64,000 nt of DNA from NCBI GenBank assembly GCA_963778615.1, contig CAVZVD010000011.1, forward strand, positions 189,915-253,914. The letters are read 5' to 3'. Source of the stretch: an uncultured Thermoleophilaceae bacterium. Its GTDB lineage: Bacteria; Actinomycetota; Thermoleophilia; Solirubrobacterales; Thermoleophilaceae. Below are positions 45,031-55,345 of this stretch, piece by piece. A program made the translations under genes and the position numbers. The stretch's first letter is position 1. The number at the start of each line of letters is the position of its first letter. The notes under the pieces were generated by a model that was given only the letters and a program-made list of their open reading frames with translations, ran no database searches and had not been told where the DNA came from.

Positions 45031-46774
45031 CTAGCCCGCGTACAGCGCCTCGATCTCCTCCGCGTACTTCGCGTGGATCGGCTTTCGCTTCAGCTTCATC
45101 GTCGGCGTCAGCTCGTCGCCGCCGGGCTGCCATTCGTCCGGCAGCACCTTGAACTTCTTGATCTGCTCCACGCGGGCCATCTGCTCGTTCGCCGCGTCCA
45201 CCCCGCGCTGCACCTCGGCCTGGACGGCGTCGCTCGCCGTGCTGCTCCACGAAGCCGGGCGCGAACGTCCGGGTCGAGCGTGATCAGCGCCACGTTGTAG
45301 GGCTTTCCGTCCCCGATCGCGATCGCCTGGCCGATCAGCGGGCTCGACGCCTTCACCTTCGCCTCGATGTTCGCCGGCGACATGTTCTTGCCGGCCGCGT
45401 TGATGATCAGCTCCTTCTTGCGGTCGACGATCTTCAGGTAGCCGTCGTCGTCGAACTCGCCGACGTCGCCCGTGTGCAGCCAGCCCTCGTCGTCGATCGC
45501 CTCGCGCGTCTTCTCCGGCTGGTTGCGGTAGCCGGGCATGACGAACGGGCCGCGGATCAGCACCTCGCCGTCGTCCGCGAGCCTGATCTCCGCCCCGGGT
45601 GCCGGCGGGCCGACCGTCCCGATCTTGATCTTCTCCGGCGGGTTGCAGGCGCCGTAGCCGCTCGTCTCGGACATCCCCCACAGCTCGGCCAGCGGCACCC
45701 CGATCGCGTGGAAGAACTCGATCACCTCGCGCGGCGTGGGCGCGGCGCCGACGTTCACCGACTCCACCTGGTCGAGCCCCAGCCGCGCGCGGATCTTCGA
45801 GAGCACGAGCTCGTCGGCCTTGGCGTGCTCCTGGGCGAGCTCCTCGGGCACCTCCTCGCCCGCCTGCATCGGCCCGCACCTTCTGCAGCCCCACCCCGAG
45901 CGCCCACTCGGTGGCCTGCTTCTTCGCCTCGTCCTGCTCGGCCGCCACGCCCGCCTCGATCGCCGCCTTGAGCTTCTCCCAGATGCGCGGCACCGCGAAG
46001 AACCACGTCGGCCGGACCTCGGGCAGATAGGCCACCACCTGGCGCGGGTCCGGGCAGCAGGTGGTGGTGAACCCCAGGAACATCGGCAGGTAGTGCGAGC
46101 AGGCGCGCTCGGCGATGTGGGCCATCGGCAGCCACGACACCACCCGGCCGTCGTCCGGGAAGGCGATCACCTGGTCGAAGCCGTTGATCCCGGCCGTCAG
46201 GTTCGCGTGGGTGAGCTGCACGCCCTTGGGCGGCCCGGTGGTGCCCGAGGTGTAGATCAGCGTGAGGATGTCGTCCGGCTCGACCGCCCGCCAGGCGGCC
46301 TCGAAGTCGAAGTCGTCCGCGCGCGTGCGACTCGACCTCTCCCCCGTCGTCCACCACGATCACGTGCTCGACGCCCGCGGATCCGGTCGGCGAAGGCCTT
46401 CTCGGTGATGACGATGCTTCGCCCCCGAGTCCTGCAGCTGGTACTCGACCTGCTCGGACGTGTAGGTGTTGTAGACCGAGAACGGCGTCGCGCCCAGGTG
46501 CAGCGCCGCCGCGTCGAACCAGTGGAACTCGGGCCGGTTGGTGAGCATGATGCCCGAGGCGTCGCCCCGGCCGAGGCCCAGCCCGGCCAGCCCGGCGGCC
46601 GTGCGGCGCACCTTGTCGGCGTACTCGGCCCAGGTGATCGAGAAGCTCGTCGTCCTTCGTGCGCAGGGCGCAGCGGTCCGGATGAGCCTGCGCCGTGAGC
46701 TGGAACGCCTCGGCGACGGTCGACGCGTCGAGGCCCGCGGGCCTCTCTTTACGAGTGGCTGTGGTGGCCTCCAT
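45031..46774 (-). CDS. AMP-dependent synthetase/ligase (long-chain fatty-acid--CoA ligase-like); at least 5 frameshifts as assembled
   Basis: Stitched from ORFs 45755..46774, 46360..46809, 45031..46221 and 45108..45869. ITWAEYADKVRRTAAGLAGLGLGRGD, GVQLTHANLTAGINGF, WGMSETSG, GWLHTGDVGEFDDDGYLKIVDRKKELIINAAGKNMSPANIE, KKFKVLPDEWQPGGDELTPTMKLKRKPI. Confidence 0.85.
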
Positions 46775-46830
46775 GCGCGGAATCTAACGGCCGCTGCGCG
46801 GCCGGCCAAGCCGGCTGCTTGCCGACGACG

Positions 46831-47944
46831 CTAGCGCACCTGGAAGCCCTCACCCGACAGTCGATCGATGTCGTTCGACAGCCCCACCAGGAAGATCAGG
46901 ATCACCAGCATGAAGCCGACCACGCCGGCCCGCTCCATCACGCTGAACGGCACCGGCTTGCGCCTGATCTTCTCCACGATCGCCCAGAAGATGTGTCCCC
47001 CGTCCAGGGGAAGGAACGGGAACAGGTTCACGATCGCCAGCGACAGCGAGATGATCGCGAGGATCCCGACGACCTCGGCTCGAGGTCGTTGAGGATCGTC
47101 TGCCGCGTGGTCTCGTAGGACCCGACCACGCCGGAGATCTCCTTGCGCTGCTCGGGGTCGATCAGCCGGGCCGGCAGCTCGAGCGTCGCCTTCGTGATGA
47201 ACCAGAACTGGTCGACGGTCACGTCGAGCGCCGTCGCCGAAGGGCAGCGGTCTCGCGCGGGCCCGGCGCATAGGCGAAGCCGAGCCGCGTCGCCCGCGCG
47301 GGTCGTCCTGTCCGGTGGGCGTCGGCGTCGTAGATCGGCGTGAGCTCGAAGGTGCGCTCGCTGGCCGTCGCGCACGACCGTGACCTGCGCCGGCTGTGGC
47401 CGCCTTGCAGCCCTCGCGTCGGCCGCCCCGGCGCACTCGTGCGACGCGATCCGCTCCGACAGCTCGCGCGGGGTCCCGCCGCTGCCGTCGATCGGCGACG
47501 AGCGCGGTCGCCCGGCTGGAGCACCTGCCGCGGCCGGGTAGCCGCGCTCGATCGGCGTCCACGTCGCGCGGTGCCGGTCTCGGGCCCGATCAGCCAGAAG
47601 AAGACGAACAGCAGCAGGAACGCCAGCAGCAGGTTCATCGCCGGCCCGGCGGCGATCACCACGATCCGCTTCCAGACCGGCTGCGAGTAGTACGCCCGCG
47701 TCCGGACCTCGTCGGGGAGGTCCTCGGACGGGTTCATCCCGCTGATCTTCACGTAGCCGCCCGCGGGGATCGCCCCGATCGCGTACTCGGTCTCGCCGCG
47801 CTTCACGCTGAACAGGGTCGGCGGGAAGAAGAGCGAGAACTTCTCGACCCGCATCCCGACCGCCTTGGCCGCCCAGAAGTGGCCCAGCTCGTGCAGGATC
47901 ACGAGCATCGCGAAGCCGACGAAGGCGAGGAAGCGCCAGCTCAC
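46831..47944 (-). CDS. rseP: RIP metalloprotease RseP (M50 site-2 protease); about 3 or more frameshifts as assembled
   Basis: GTG 47944 overlaps the dxr stop (GTGA). [40 protein letters not shown]...GGYVKISGM is in ORF 47219..48526. The C-terminus ...[33 protein letters not shown]... is in ORF 46831..47562. Confidence 0.8.
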
Positions 47945-49067
47945 GCGGCCACCCCCCTCGCCACCTCGCGCGCCTCGCCGTCCGCCTCGTAGAGGTCCGA
48001 GAAGTGGCGCACCGGCCGCGCCGGCAGCTCGGCCAGGGTCGACTCGATCACCCGCGCGATCCCGGTGAACGACAGCTCGCCGCGCAGGAAGGCGTGCACC
48101 GCCACCTCGTTGGCCGCGTTCAGCACGCAGGGCGCCGTGCCGCCGGCCCGGGCCGCCTCGCGCGCCAGGCGCAGGCAGGCGAAGGTGGCCTCGTCCGGGC
48201 GCCTCGAAGGTGAGCGCGCCCAGCTCGACCAGGTCGAGCGTCCGCACCGGCACGTCGGCGCGCTCCGGGTGGTGGAGCGCGTAGGAGATCGGCACTCGCA
48301 TGTCGGGATAGCCGAGGTGCGCCAGCGAGGCGCCGTCGTTCAGGTGCACCAGCGCGTGGACGATCGACTGCGGGTGCACCACCACGTCGATCGCCTCGTA
48401 CGGCACGCCGAACAGGTGGTGGGCCTCGATCAGCTCGAGCCCCTTGTTCATCAGCGTCGCGGAGTCGACCGTGATCTTCCCGCCCATCCGCCAGGTCGGG
48501 TGCGCGAGCGCCTCCTCCACGGTCACGCCGTCGAGGTCGCGTGCGGCCGCGGAACGGGCCGCCGCTCGCGGTGAGCACCAGCCGGTCGACCGTGCCCGGC
48601 CGCTCGCCCTCCAGCAGCTGGAACAGGGCCGAGTGCTCGGAGTCGACCGGGATCAGCTGGGCGCCGGTGGCCTCGGCCAGCGCCGTGACCAGCTCGCCGC
48701 CCACCACGAGGCTCTCCTTGTTGGCGAGCGCGAGGTCGATCCCCTCGCCCAGCGCGGCGACGGTCGGCCCCAGGCCGGCGGAGCCCACGAGGGCGTTCAG
48801 CACGAGGTCGCAGTCGGTCTCCACGATCAGCTCGACGAGGCCCTCCGGCCCGCTCAGCACCTCGGCGTGCTCGCCGGCGCGGGCCGCGGCGTCGGGGTCG
48901 GCCAGGGCGAGCCGGTCCACGCCGAAGCGGCCCGCCTGCTCGAGCAGCAGCTCCCAGCTCGAGCCGGCCGCCAGCCCGGCGATCTCGAGCTCGCCGCTCC
49001 GCTCGACCACGTCGAGCGCCTGCGTTCCGATCGACCCGGTCGACCCGACGATGAGGACCCTTCTCAC
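47941..49067 (-). CDS. dxr: 1-deoxy-D-xylulose-5-phosphate reductoisomerase (at least 2 frameshifts as assembled)
   Basis: [21 protein letters not shown]...[11 protein letters not shown]...[11 protein letters not shown] is in ORF 48120..49067. [32 protein letters not shown] is in ORF 47219..48526. The C-terminus [13 protein letters not shown]... is in ORF 47941..48126. Confidence 0.9.
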
Positions 49068-49134
49068 CCGGTCGATGTTAGGGAGCGGTGCGCACCCGGC
49101 CGCGCCGGGCGCTTCGCGGCCTGGGAGGGCCCCG

Positions 49135-51857
49135 CTAGCCGATCACGGCCAGCAGCGCCTCCACGACCCGCGGGTCGAGCTGCGTGCCCGCCACGCGGCG
49201 CAGCTCCGCCCGGGCCTCCTCCTCCGGCAGCGCGGCCCGGTACGGCCGCGGCGCCGTCATCGCCTCGTACGTGTCGCAGGCGAACACGATGCGGGCGCCC
49301 AGCGGGATCTCCTCGCCGGCCAGACCGTCGGGGTAACCGCGCGCCGTCCCAGCGCTCGTGGGCGCCGCGCACCAGCGGCAGCACGTCGGCCAGGAACTCG
49401 ATCGGCGCGAGGATCTGCTCCCCGATCACCGGGTGGCGCTGCACGATCTCGCGCTCGTCGTCGGTCAGCGGCCCCGGCTTGTTCAGGATCTCCTCCGGCA
49501 CGGCCAGCTTGCCGATGTCGTGGAACGCCGCCCCGTAGCGCAGCGTACGGAGCGCCTGCTCGGGCATGCCCAGGAGCCGCCCGACCGCCTCGGCACGCTG
49601 AACCAGCGAGCGCGAGTGCGTCGGCGGTGTAGGAGTCCTTGGCCTCGAGCGCCGCGTTGAGCGCCTCCGCGGTGCCGAGGTAGGCGCGCTCGAGCTGCTC
49701 GTAGAGCGTCGCCGACCGCAGCGCGGCGGCGAGCTGGTCCGCCACGGCGCGCAGCAGGCGGGCGTCCTCCTCGTCGAAGGCCTCCAGGGCGTCGCTCTGG
49801 ACCGAGATCGCGCCCCACGGGCGCCCGTTCACCACCACCGGCACGTCGAGCTCGCAGCGCGTCGACGCGGTGACCGGGGTCGAGTGGTAGTCCGGCTCGC
49901 GGCGCACGTCGGGGGCGAGCACGGGCCGGCTCTCGCGCAGGCAGCGCGAGATCAGGCCGCGCCCGGCGGGCGGCATGTAGCGGCGGACGCTCGGGGCGTC
50001 GAGGCGGCCGGCGCCGGCGACCAGCTCGTGCGCCCCGTCCGAGCAGAGCCGCGCGATCGCGGACGCGTCCGCGCCCATGCCGGCGTGCACCTGGTCGATC
50101 GTCGCCCGCACGATGCGGTCGAGGTCGCTCACACCGGCCAGCCGCGCCGCCAGCCCGCTCGTGAGCTGCACCTGCCGGGTGCGCCGCTGGAGCAGCGCGG
50201 CGCCGCCCTTGCCGGCCGGGCGCGGCGGGATCGCGGCGCGGAGCAGCAGCCCGCACTCGTACATGGCCTCCTCGAGCGGAGCGGAGCGCTCGTCGGAGTA
50301 GATCTCGAGCAGCCAGGTGAAGTCGTGGTCGGCCGCCGCGGCGGCCAGCACGCCGGTGCGGTTGTGCACCCTCAGCAGCGCCCGCTCGGCCGCGTCGGAG
50401 TGGCTGTCGTCCGCGCGCGCCACGAAGGCCCCGGCGCCCGCGCGGATCAGCCGGGCCGTGGCCGGATAGTCGTCGATGGCGTAGATGTCGTTGTCGGCCT
50501 CGAGGCGCAGCCCCTCGACGCGCTGGTCGCGCGAGTCGGCCTGGGCGACGGTGTGGATCTTGTCTCCGCCGGCAGGCGCGAACGAGACCGCCCAGGCAGC
50601 CGCGTTCAGGGCCTCGGAGATGTGCACGGCCACCGCCTCGATCCGCTCGAGCGGCCCCTCGTCCGCCAGCGCGCCCTCGAACCGCTCGGCCAGCTCCTGC
50701 ATGGCGTCGCGGACCCGGTCGCGCGTGTTGCGCCGCAGGGTGCGCCGTTCGCCCCGCGCGGCCCGCTCGGGCGCCCGCGATCCCGCGGTGAAGATCTGCC
50801 CGCCGCCGTTCCGCTTGGCGCGGTAGAGCGCGGCGTCGGCCGCCCGCAGCAGCTGGATCGGCGAGTCCACGCCGGCGCCGAGCGCCGCGGCGCCGCAGGA
50901 GATCGAGATGTGGACCTCGGACGGGCCCGCCAGGGACGCGAGCGTCGCTCCCGCCAGCGCGCGCGCCTCGTCGAGGGTGGCGCCCTCCATCACCACGCAG
51001 AACTCGTCGCCCGACAGGCGCCCGACCAGGTTGCCGGGCCGCGTGGCCGCGGCGGCCACCAGCGCCTCGCCGACGCGCCGCAGCGCCCGGTCGCCGCCGT
51101 CGTGGCCGTGCTCGTCGTTGACGACCTTCAGATCGTCCACGTCGCAGAGCAGCAGCGCGAGCGCGGCGTCGCGCTCGACCGCCCTGGCCACGGCGCGCTC
51201 GAGCCGCTCCTCGAGCGCCCGCCGGTTGGCGAGGCCCGTGAGCGGGTCCTCGTAGGCCAGCCGCGAGACGCGAGAGAACAGCTCGGCCCGCTCGATCGCC
51301 ACCGCCAGCTGGCCGGCCACGGCCTCGAGGAAGCGCACGTCCTCGCTGCGGAAGCGCGGCTCGCCCGGCGCCGTGGTGGCGTACACCTCGCCCCACGGCT
51401 CGCCCTCGACGACGATCGGGACCCCGACCTCCGACTCCTTGCCGAGCCGCCGCAGGCGGGCGGCGCACCAGGGATCGACGCCGGTGTCGTCCACCGCGTT
51501 GAAGTACGGGACCCCCTCGATGAGCAGTCGCTGGCCGCTCAGGTCCTCGCCGAGCTCGTAGATCTCACCGTCCGGCCAGCGCTCCTCGCCGGGACCCAGC
51601 ACGCCGACGTTGATCATCGTCCGCAGGGCGGAGCCGTCACGGTCCCAGCGGCTCACCGACAGCGAAGCCGCGCCGGTCGCGGCGCGCGCCTCCTCGGCGG
51701 CCACCTCGAGCACCTGGTCGAGGTCGTGCGCCCCCGCCGCGGCGGCCGCCACGCGAAGAAGCGCCTCGCGCTCGGAACCGGCGGGCCGCAGCCCCCCGTT
51801 TCGCGCCGCTCCGCCGGGACGCGCCCGCGCAGCGGTAAGACCCCCTACGGGCTCCAT
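49135..51857 (-). CDS. Multidomain c-di-GMP signalling protein GAF-GGDEF(SGDEF)-GAF-GAF-HD-GYP (2 frameshifts near the 3' end as assembled)
   Basis: ATG 51857 within ORF 49257..52817. MEPVGGL..., GAF, EDPLTGLANRRAL...LCDVDDLKVVNDEHGHDGGD...GRLSGDEFCVVM, two further GAF-like regions, then HDIGKLAVPEEILNKPGPLTDDEREIVQRHPVIGEQIL...HERWDG (ORF 49064..49567). GYPDGLAGEEIPLGARIVFACDTYEAMTAPRPYR...ALLAVIG* lies in a third frame (stop 49135). Confidence 0.85.
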
Positions 51858-51897
51858 CCGATCACCATCGGCCAAACGCGGCCGGGACTTGAGGCCC

Positions 51898-52756
51898 TCA
51901 GCCGTAGCCGAGCGCGATCGCCGCGTAGTACGCCACGACGACCGTGAAGAACACCGCGTCCAGGCGGTCGAGCACGCCGCCGTGGGGGCCGAACAGGCGT
52001 GCCGGTGTCCTTCACCTCGAGGTCCCGCTTGATCATCGACTCGAACAGGTCCCCGATCGGCGCCGTGAACGCCACCAGCGCGCCCATCACCAGCGCGTGC
52101 CAGCCGGTCAGCCAGTCCTGGTAGAGGCCGGCGAACCAGAACGCCATCGTGGCGCCGATGAAGCCCGCAACCAGCCCCTCGAACGTCTTGTTCGGCGAGA
52201 TCAGCGGCGCGATCCGCCTGCTCCCGTACCAGCGCCCGCCGAAGTAGGCGAACGTGTCCCCCACGAAGGTGGCCACCAGCACGTCGATCAGGAGCCCGTC
52301 GCCGTGCGCCAGCTCGCGCAGCCAGATCGCGTGCACCATCGGCAGCCCGATCCAGAGGACCCCGAAGAGCACGGCGGCGATCGCCCAGGACACGTGCTCC
52401 CGCCGCGGCCGGATCAGCGCCAGGAAGAACGTGATCGGGAAGGCCGCGACCAGCACCATGATCACGTGCTTCGGCTCGCCGTAGAGGGCGGCCACCAGCA
52501 GGGCGATCAACGTGGCGAACCCCGCCAGGGCCGGCGGCCGCACCCGCCCCATCAGCACGTAGAGCTCCCCGAGCGCCATCACGCCGAGCAGAGCCAGGCC
52601 GATCGCGAACACCTCGCCGCCCTGCCAGACGATGAGGATCGCGAAGAGGATGGCGGGGATCGCGAAGACGATCCGGGGCGCCAGGTCCGCTCCAGGCTGG
52701 CGGGAGGGCGCGGGCTGGCCCGCGCCGGACCGATCGCTTCCCCGTTCCGTGCTCAT
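51898..52756 (-). CDS. cdsA: Phosphatidate cytidylyltransferase (frameshift near 51975 as assembled)
   Basis: ORF 51845..52756: ...FVGDTFAYFGGRWYGSRRIAPLISPNKTFEG...FESMIKRDLEVKDTG. After a shift: RLFGPHGGVLDRLDAVFFTVVVAYYAAIALGYG* (TGA 51898-51900). The start overlaps the uppS stop. Confidence 0.9.
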
Positions 52757-53424
52757 CGGCCGCCGAACCTGCGCCCGCGCGCCGCGTACTCCTCGAGCGA
52801 CGCCTCGAACGCCTCACGCGAGAAGTCGGGCCACAGCTCGTCGCGGAAGACGAACTCGGCGTAGGCGAGCTGCCACAGCAGGTAGTTCGAGATGCGGCGC
52901 TCGCCGCTGGTCCGGATGAGGAGGTCTGGGTCGTGCATGTCGGGTGCGTAGAGGTGGCGCCGGAACTCCTCCTCCGTCTCCCCCTGGAAGCTTCGCGCCG
53001 CGTCCACGATCTCCGCCCTGCCGCCGTAGTTGAAGGCCACGAACAGGGTGATGCGCTCGTTGCCGGCCGTGGTCCGCTCGGCCCAGTCCATGCGCCGTAC
53101 GAGCCCGGCGTCGAGCCGGTCGCGGCGGCCGATGAAGCGCATCCGCACGCCCTCCTCGTCCAGCTCGGGGGTCTCGCGGTCGATGCGCCGGGCGAACATC
53201 GCCATCAGGCCGTCCACCTCGGCCTGCGACCGGTTCCAGTTCTCGGTCGAGAACGAGTACACGGTCAGCTCCTCGATCCCGAACTCGGCGGCGTCGCGGA
53301 GACGGGCTTTGACGGTGTCCGCCCCCGCCTCGTGGCCCGCCAGGACGGGAAGGCCGCGGCTCTGGGCCCACCGCCCGTTCCCGTCGGTGATGATCGCGAC
53401 GTAGCGCGCCCGCGACGCGCTCAC
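52753..53424 (-). CDS. uppS: Isoprenyl transferase (undecaprenyl-diphosphate synthase family)
   Basis: ORF 52753..53424 (223 aa). VAIITDGNGRWA, LTVYSFSTENWNR, RTSGERRISNYLLWQLAYAEF. Intact. Confidence 0.95.
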   Translation of the reverse strand: MSASRARYVAIITDGNGRWAQSRGLPVLAGHEAGADTVKARLRDAAEFGIEELTVYSFSTENWNRSQAEVDGLMAMFARRIDRETPELDEEGVRMRFIGRRDRLDAGLVRRMDWAERTTAGNERITLFVAFNYGGRAEIVDAARSFQGETEEEFRRHLYAPDMHDPDLLIRTSGERRISNYLLWQLAYAEFVFRDELWPDFSREAFEASLEEYAARGRRFGGR

Positions 53425-53987
53425 ACCTCGAGGATTTCCTCTTCCTTGCCGGCCAGCGCCTTGTCGATCTCGCCGGTGTGCGAGTCGGTCAGCTTCTGCA
53501 GCTCGCTCTCGGCGCGGTGCTCGTCGTCGGAGCCGACCTCGCCCTCGCTCTTCAGCTCGCGCAGGTCGTGCATCACGTCCCGGCGGATGTTCCGCACGGC
53601 CACGCGGCCCTGCTCGGCGATGTTGTGCACCACCTTGACCAGCTCGCGGCGGCGCTCCTCGGTCAGCTCCGGGATCTGCAGGCGGATCACCTGGCCGTCG
53701 TTCGAGGGCGTCAGGCCCACGTCGGACTCGAGGATCGACTTCTCGATCGCCTTGATCGAGTTCTTGTCGTAGGGGGTGATCGTGAGGAGCCGCGCCTCGG
53801 TGGCCGAGATCTGCGCCAGCTGGCGGAGCGGGGTGCTGGCGCCGTAGTAGTCGACATCGATCCGGTCCAGCAGGTGGGGCGACGCGCGGCCCGTGCGGAC
53901 GGTCGAGAACTCGGTGCGCGTGGCGTCCACGGACTTCTGCATCCGGGCCTGCGCTTCGTCGAGAAAGTCTTTAATCAACCCGTTCAT
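53421..53987 (-). CDS. frr: Ribosome recycling factor
   Basis: ORF 53421..53987 (188 aa). ...TVRTGRASPHLLDRIDVDYYGASTPLRQLAQISATEARLLTITPYDK... Intact. Confidence 0.95.
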   Translation of the reverse strand: MNGLIKDFLDEAQARMQKSVDATRTEFSTVRTGRASPHLLDRIDVDYYGASTPLRQLAQISATEARLLTITPYDKNSIKAIEKSILESDVGLTPSNDGQVIRLQIPELTEERRRELVKVVHNIAEQGRVAVRNIRRDVMHDLRELKSEGEVGSDDEHRAESELQKLTDSHTGEIDKALAGKEEEILEV

Positions 53988-54015
53988 CGCGAAACACGCG
54001 TGTAACCAACGTCGG

Positions 54016-54735
54016 TCATCCGCTCCTCACAACGGTTCCCACTCGCTCGCCGCAGACTATGCGATCAATGTTCCGCTCGTCGTCCATGTTGAAGACGTGG
54101 ATCGGAAGCGAGTTGTCCATGCAGAGCGACAGCGCCGTGGAGTCCATCACGCCCAGCCGCTGCTCGATCGCGGCCTGGTGGCTGATCTCCGGGATGAACT
54201 CGGCGGCGGGGTCGGTGCGCGGGTCGGCGGTGTAGACCCCCTCCACCCCGTTCTTCCCCATCAGGATCGCCTCGGCGTGGATCTCGAGCGCCCGCAGCGC
54301 CGCCGCGGTGTCGGTCGTGAAGAACGGGTTGCCGGTGCCGGCGGCGAAGATCACGATCCGCCCCTTCTCCAGGTGGCGCATGGCGCGGCGCCGGATGTAG
54401 GGCTCGGCGACCTCGGAGATCGTGATCGCCGACTGCACCCGCGTGACGGCGCCGACCTTCTCGAGGGCGTCCTGCAGCGCGAGGGCGTTCAGCACGGTGG
54501 CGAGCATGCCCATGTAGTCGCCGGTGGCCCGGTCCATCCCGGCGGCGGCGCCCTTGAGGCCGCGGTAGATGTTGCCCCCGCCGACCACGATCGCCACCTC
54601 CACGCCGCGGTCGGCCACGTGCTTGACCTGCTCGGCGATCGAGGCGATGCGGCCCGCGTCCGCCCCGTAGGCGAGGTCACCCATGAGCGCCTCACCCGAG
54701 AGCTTGAGCAGGACCCTCTTGAAGCTCGGGGTCAC
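54016..54735 (-). CDS. pyrH: UMP kinase
   Basis: C-terminal 240 aa of ORF 54016..55443. GTG 54735 overlaps the tsf stop (GTGA), with GGGGAGGAG upstream. [15 protein letters not shown]...[10 protein letters not shown]...[12 protein letters not shown]...[21 protein letters not shown]. Intact. Confidence 0.95.
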   Translation of the reverse strand: MTPSFKRVLLKLSGEALMGDLAYGADAGRIASIAEQVKHVADRGVEVAIVVGGGNIYRGLKGAAAGMDRATGDYMGMLATVLNALALQDALEKVGAVTRVQSAITISEVAEPYIRRRAMRHLEKGRIVIFAAGTGNPFFTTDTAAALRALEIHAEAILMGKNGVEGVYTADPRTDPAAEFIPEISHQAAIEQRLGVMDSTALSLCMDNSLPIHVFNMDDERNIDRIVCGERVGTVVRSG

Positions 54736-55341
54736 TCCTCCCCGACCTGGAAGCGGGCGAACCTCCGGATCACGACGTTCTCGCCCGTGCTCGCCGCGAT
54801 CTCCGTGCGGAGCTGCTCGAGCGTCTTGCTCTCGTGCTTGTCCTCGTTCACGTGGCGCTGGTTGAGGAGCACGACTTCGTCGAGCCACTTGCGCAGCCGG
54901 CCCTCGACGATCTTCTCCTGCACGTTCTCGGGCTTGCCCTCGGAGGCGGCCTGCTCGCGCAGCACGCGCAGCTCGGCGTCCTTGTCCTCCTGCGGCACGT
55001 CGTCCTCGGACACGTAGCGGACGCTGGGCGCGGCGGCCACGTGCAGCGCCACGTCGCGGGCGAACTCCTGGAACTGCTCGTTGCGGGCCACGAAGTCGGT
55101 CTCGCAGTCGATCTCCACCAGCACGCCGATCTTGCCGGTCGCGTGGATGTAGCTCGTCACCAGTCCCTCGGATGCCACCCGTCCCGCCCCGCTTCGCGGC
55201 GGAGGCCTGTCCCTTCACGCGCAGGATCTCGGCGGCGCGCTCGAAGTCGCCGTCCGCCTCCTGGAGGGCGCCCTTGGCATCCATGATGCCGGCGCCCGTG
55301 CGCTCCCTCAGGGTCTTCACGTCAGCTGCGGAGATCGTCAT
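54732..55341 (-). CDS. tsf: Elongation factor Ts (short form; frameshift near 55180 as assembled)
   Basis: ATG 55341 gives [51 protein letters not shown] (ORF 54016..55443 frame). [48 protein letters not shown]... is in ORF 54732..55178. Confidence 0.9.
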
Positions 55342-55345
55342 CGCT

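Noticed and set aside
36997-49067. Interpreting the frameshifts in proS, ispG, dxr and rseP as programmed ribosomal frameshifting or genuine pseudogenisation
   Set aside because: There are too many shifts, in too many unrelated essential genes, in both directions, and several at simple homopolymers without slippery-heptamer or stimulator structure. Assembly error is far more parsimonious.
49483-51468. 661-aa minus-strand ORF in an alternative frame of the GAF-GGDEF-HD-GYP gene
   Set aside because: It is extremely Arg/Gly/Ala/Pro-rich with no motifs. The overlapping frame (ORF 49257..52817) carries the GAF, GGDEF and HD-GYP signatures.
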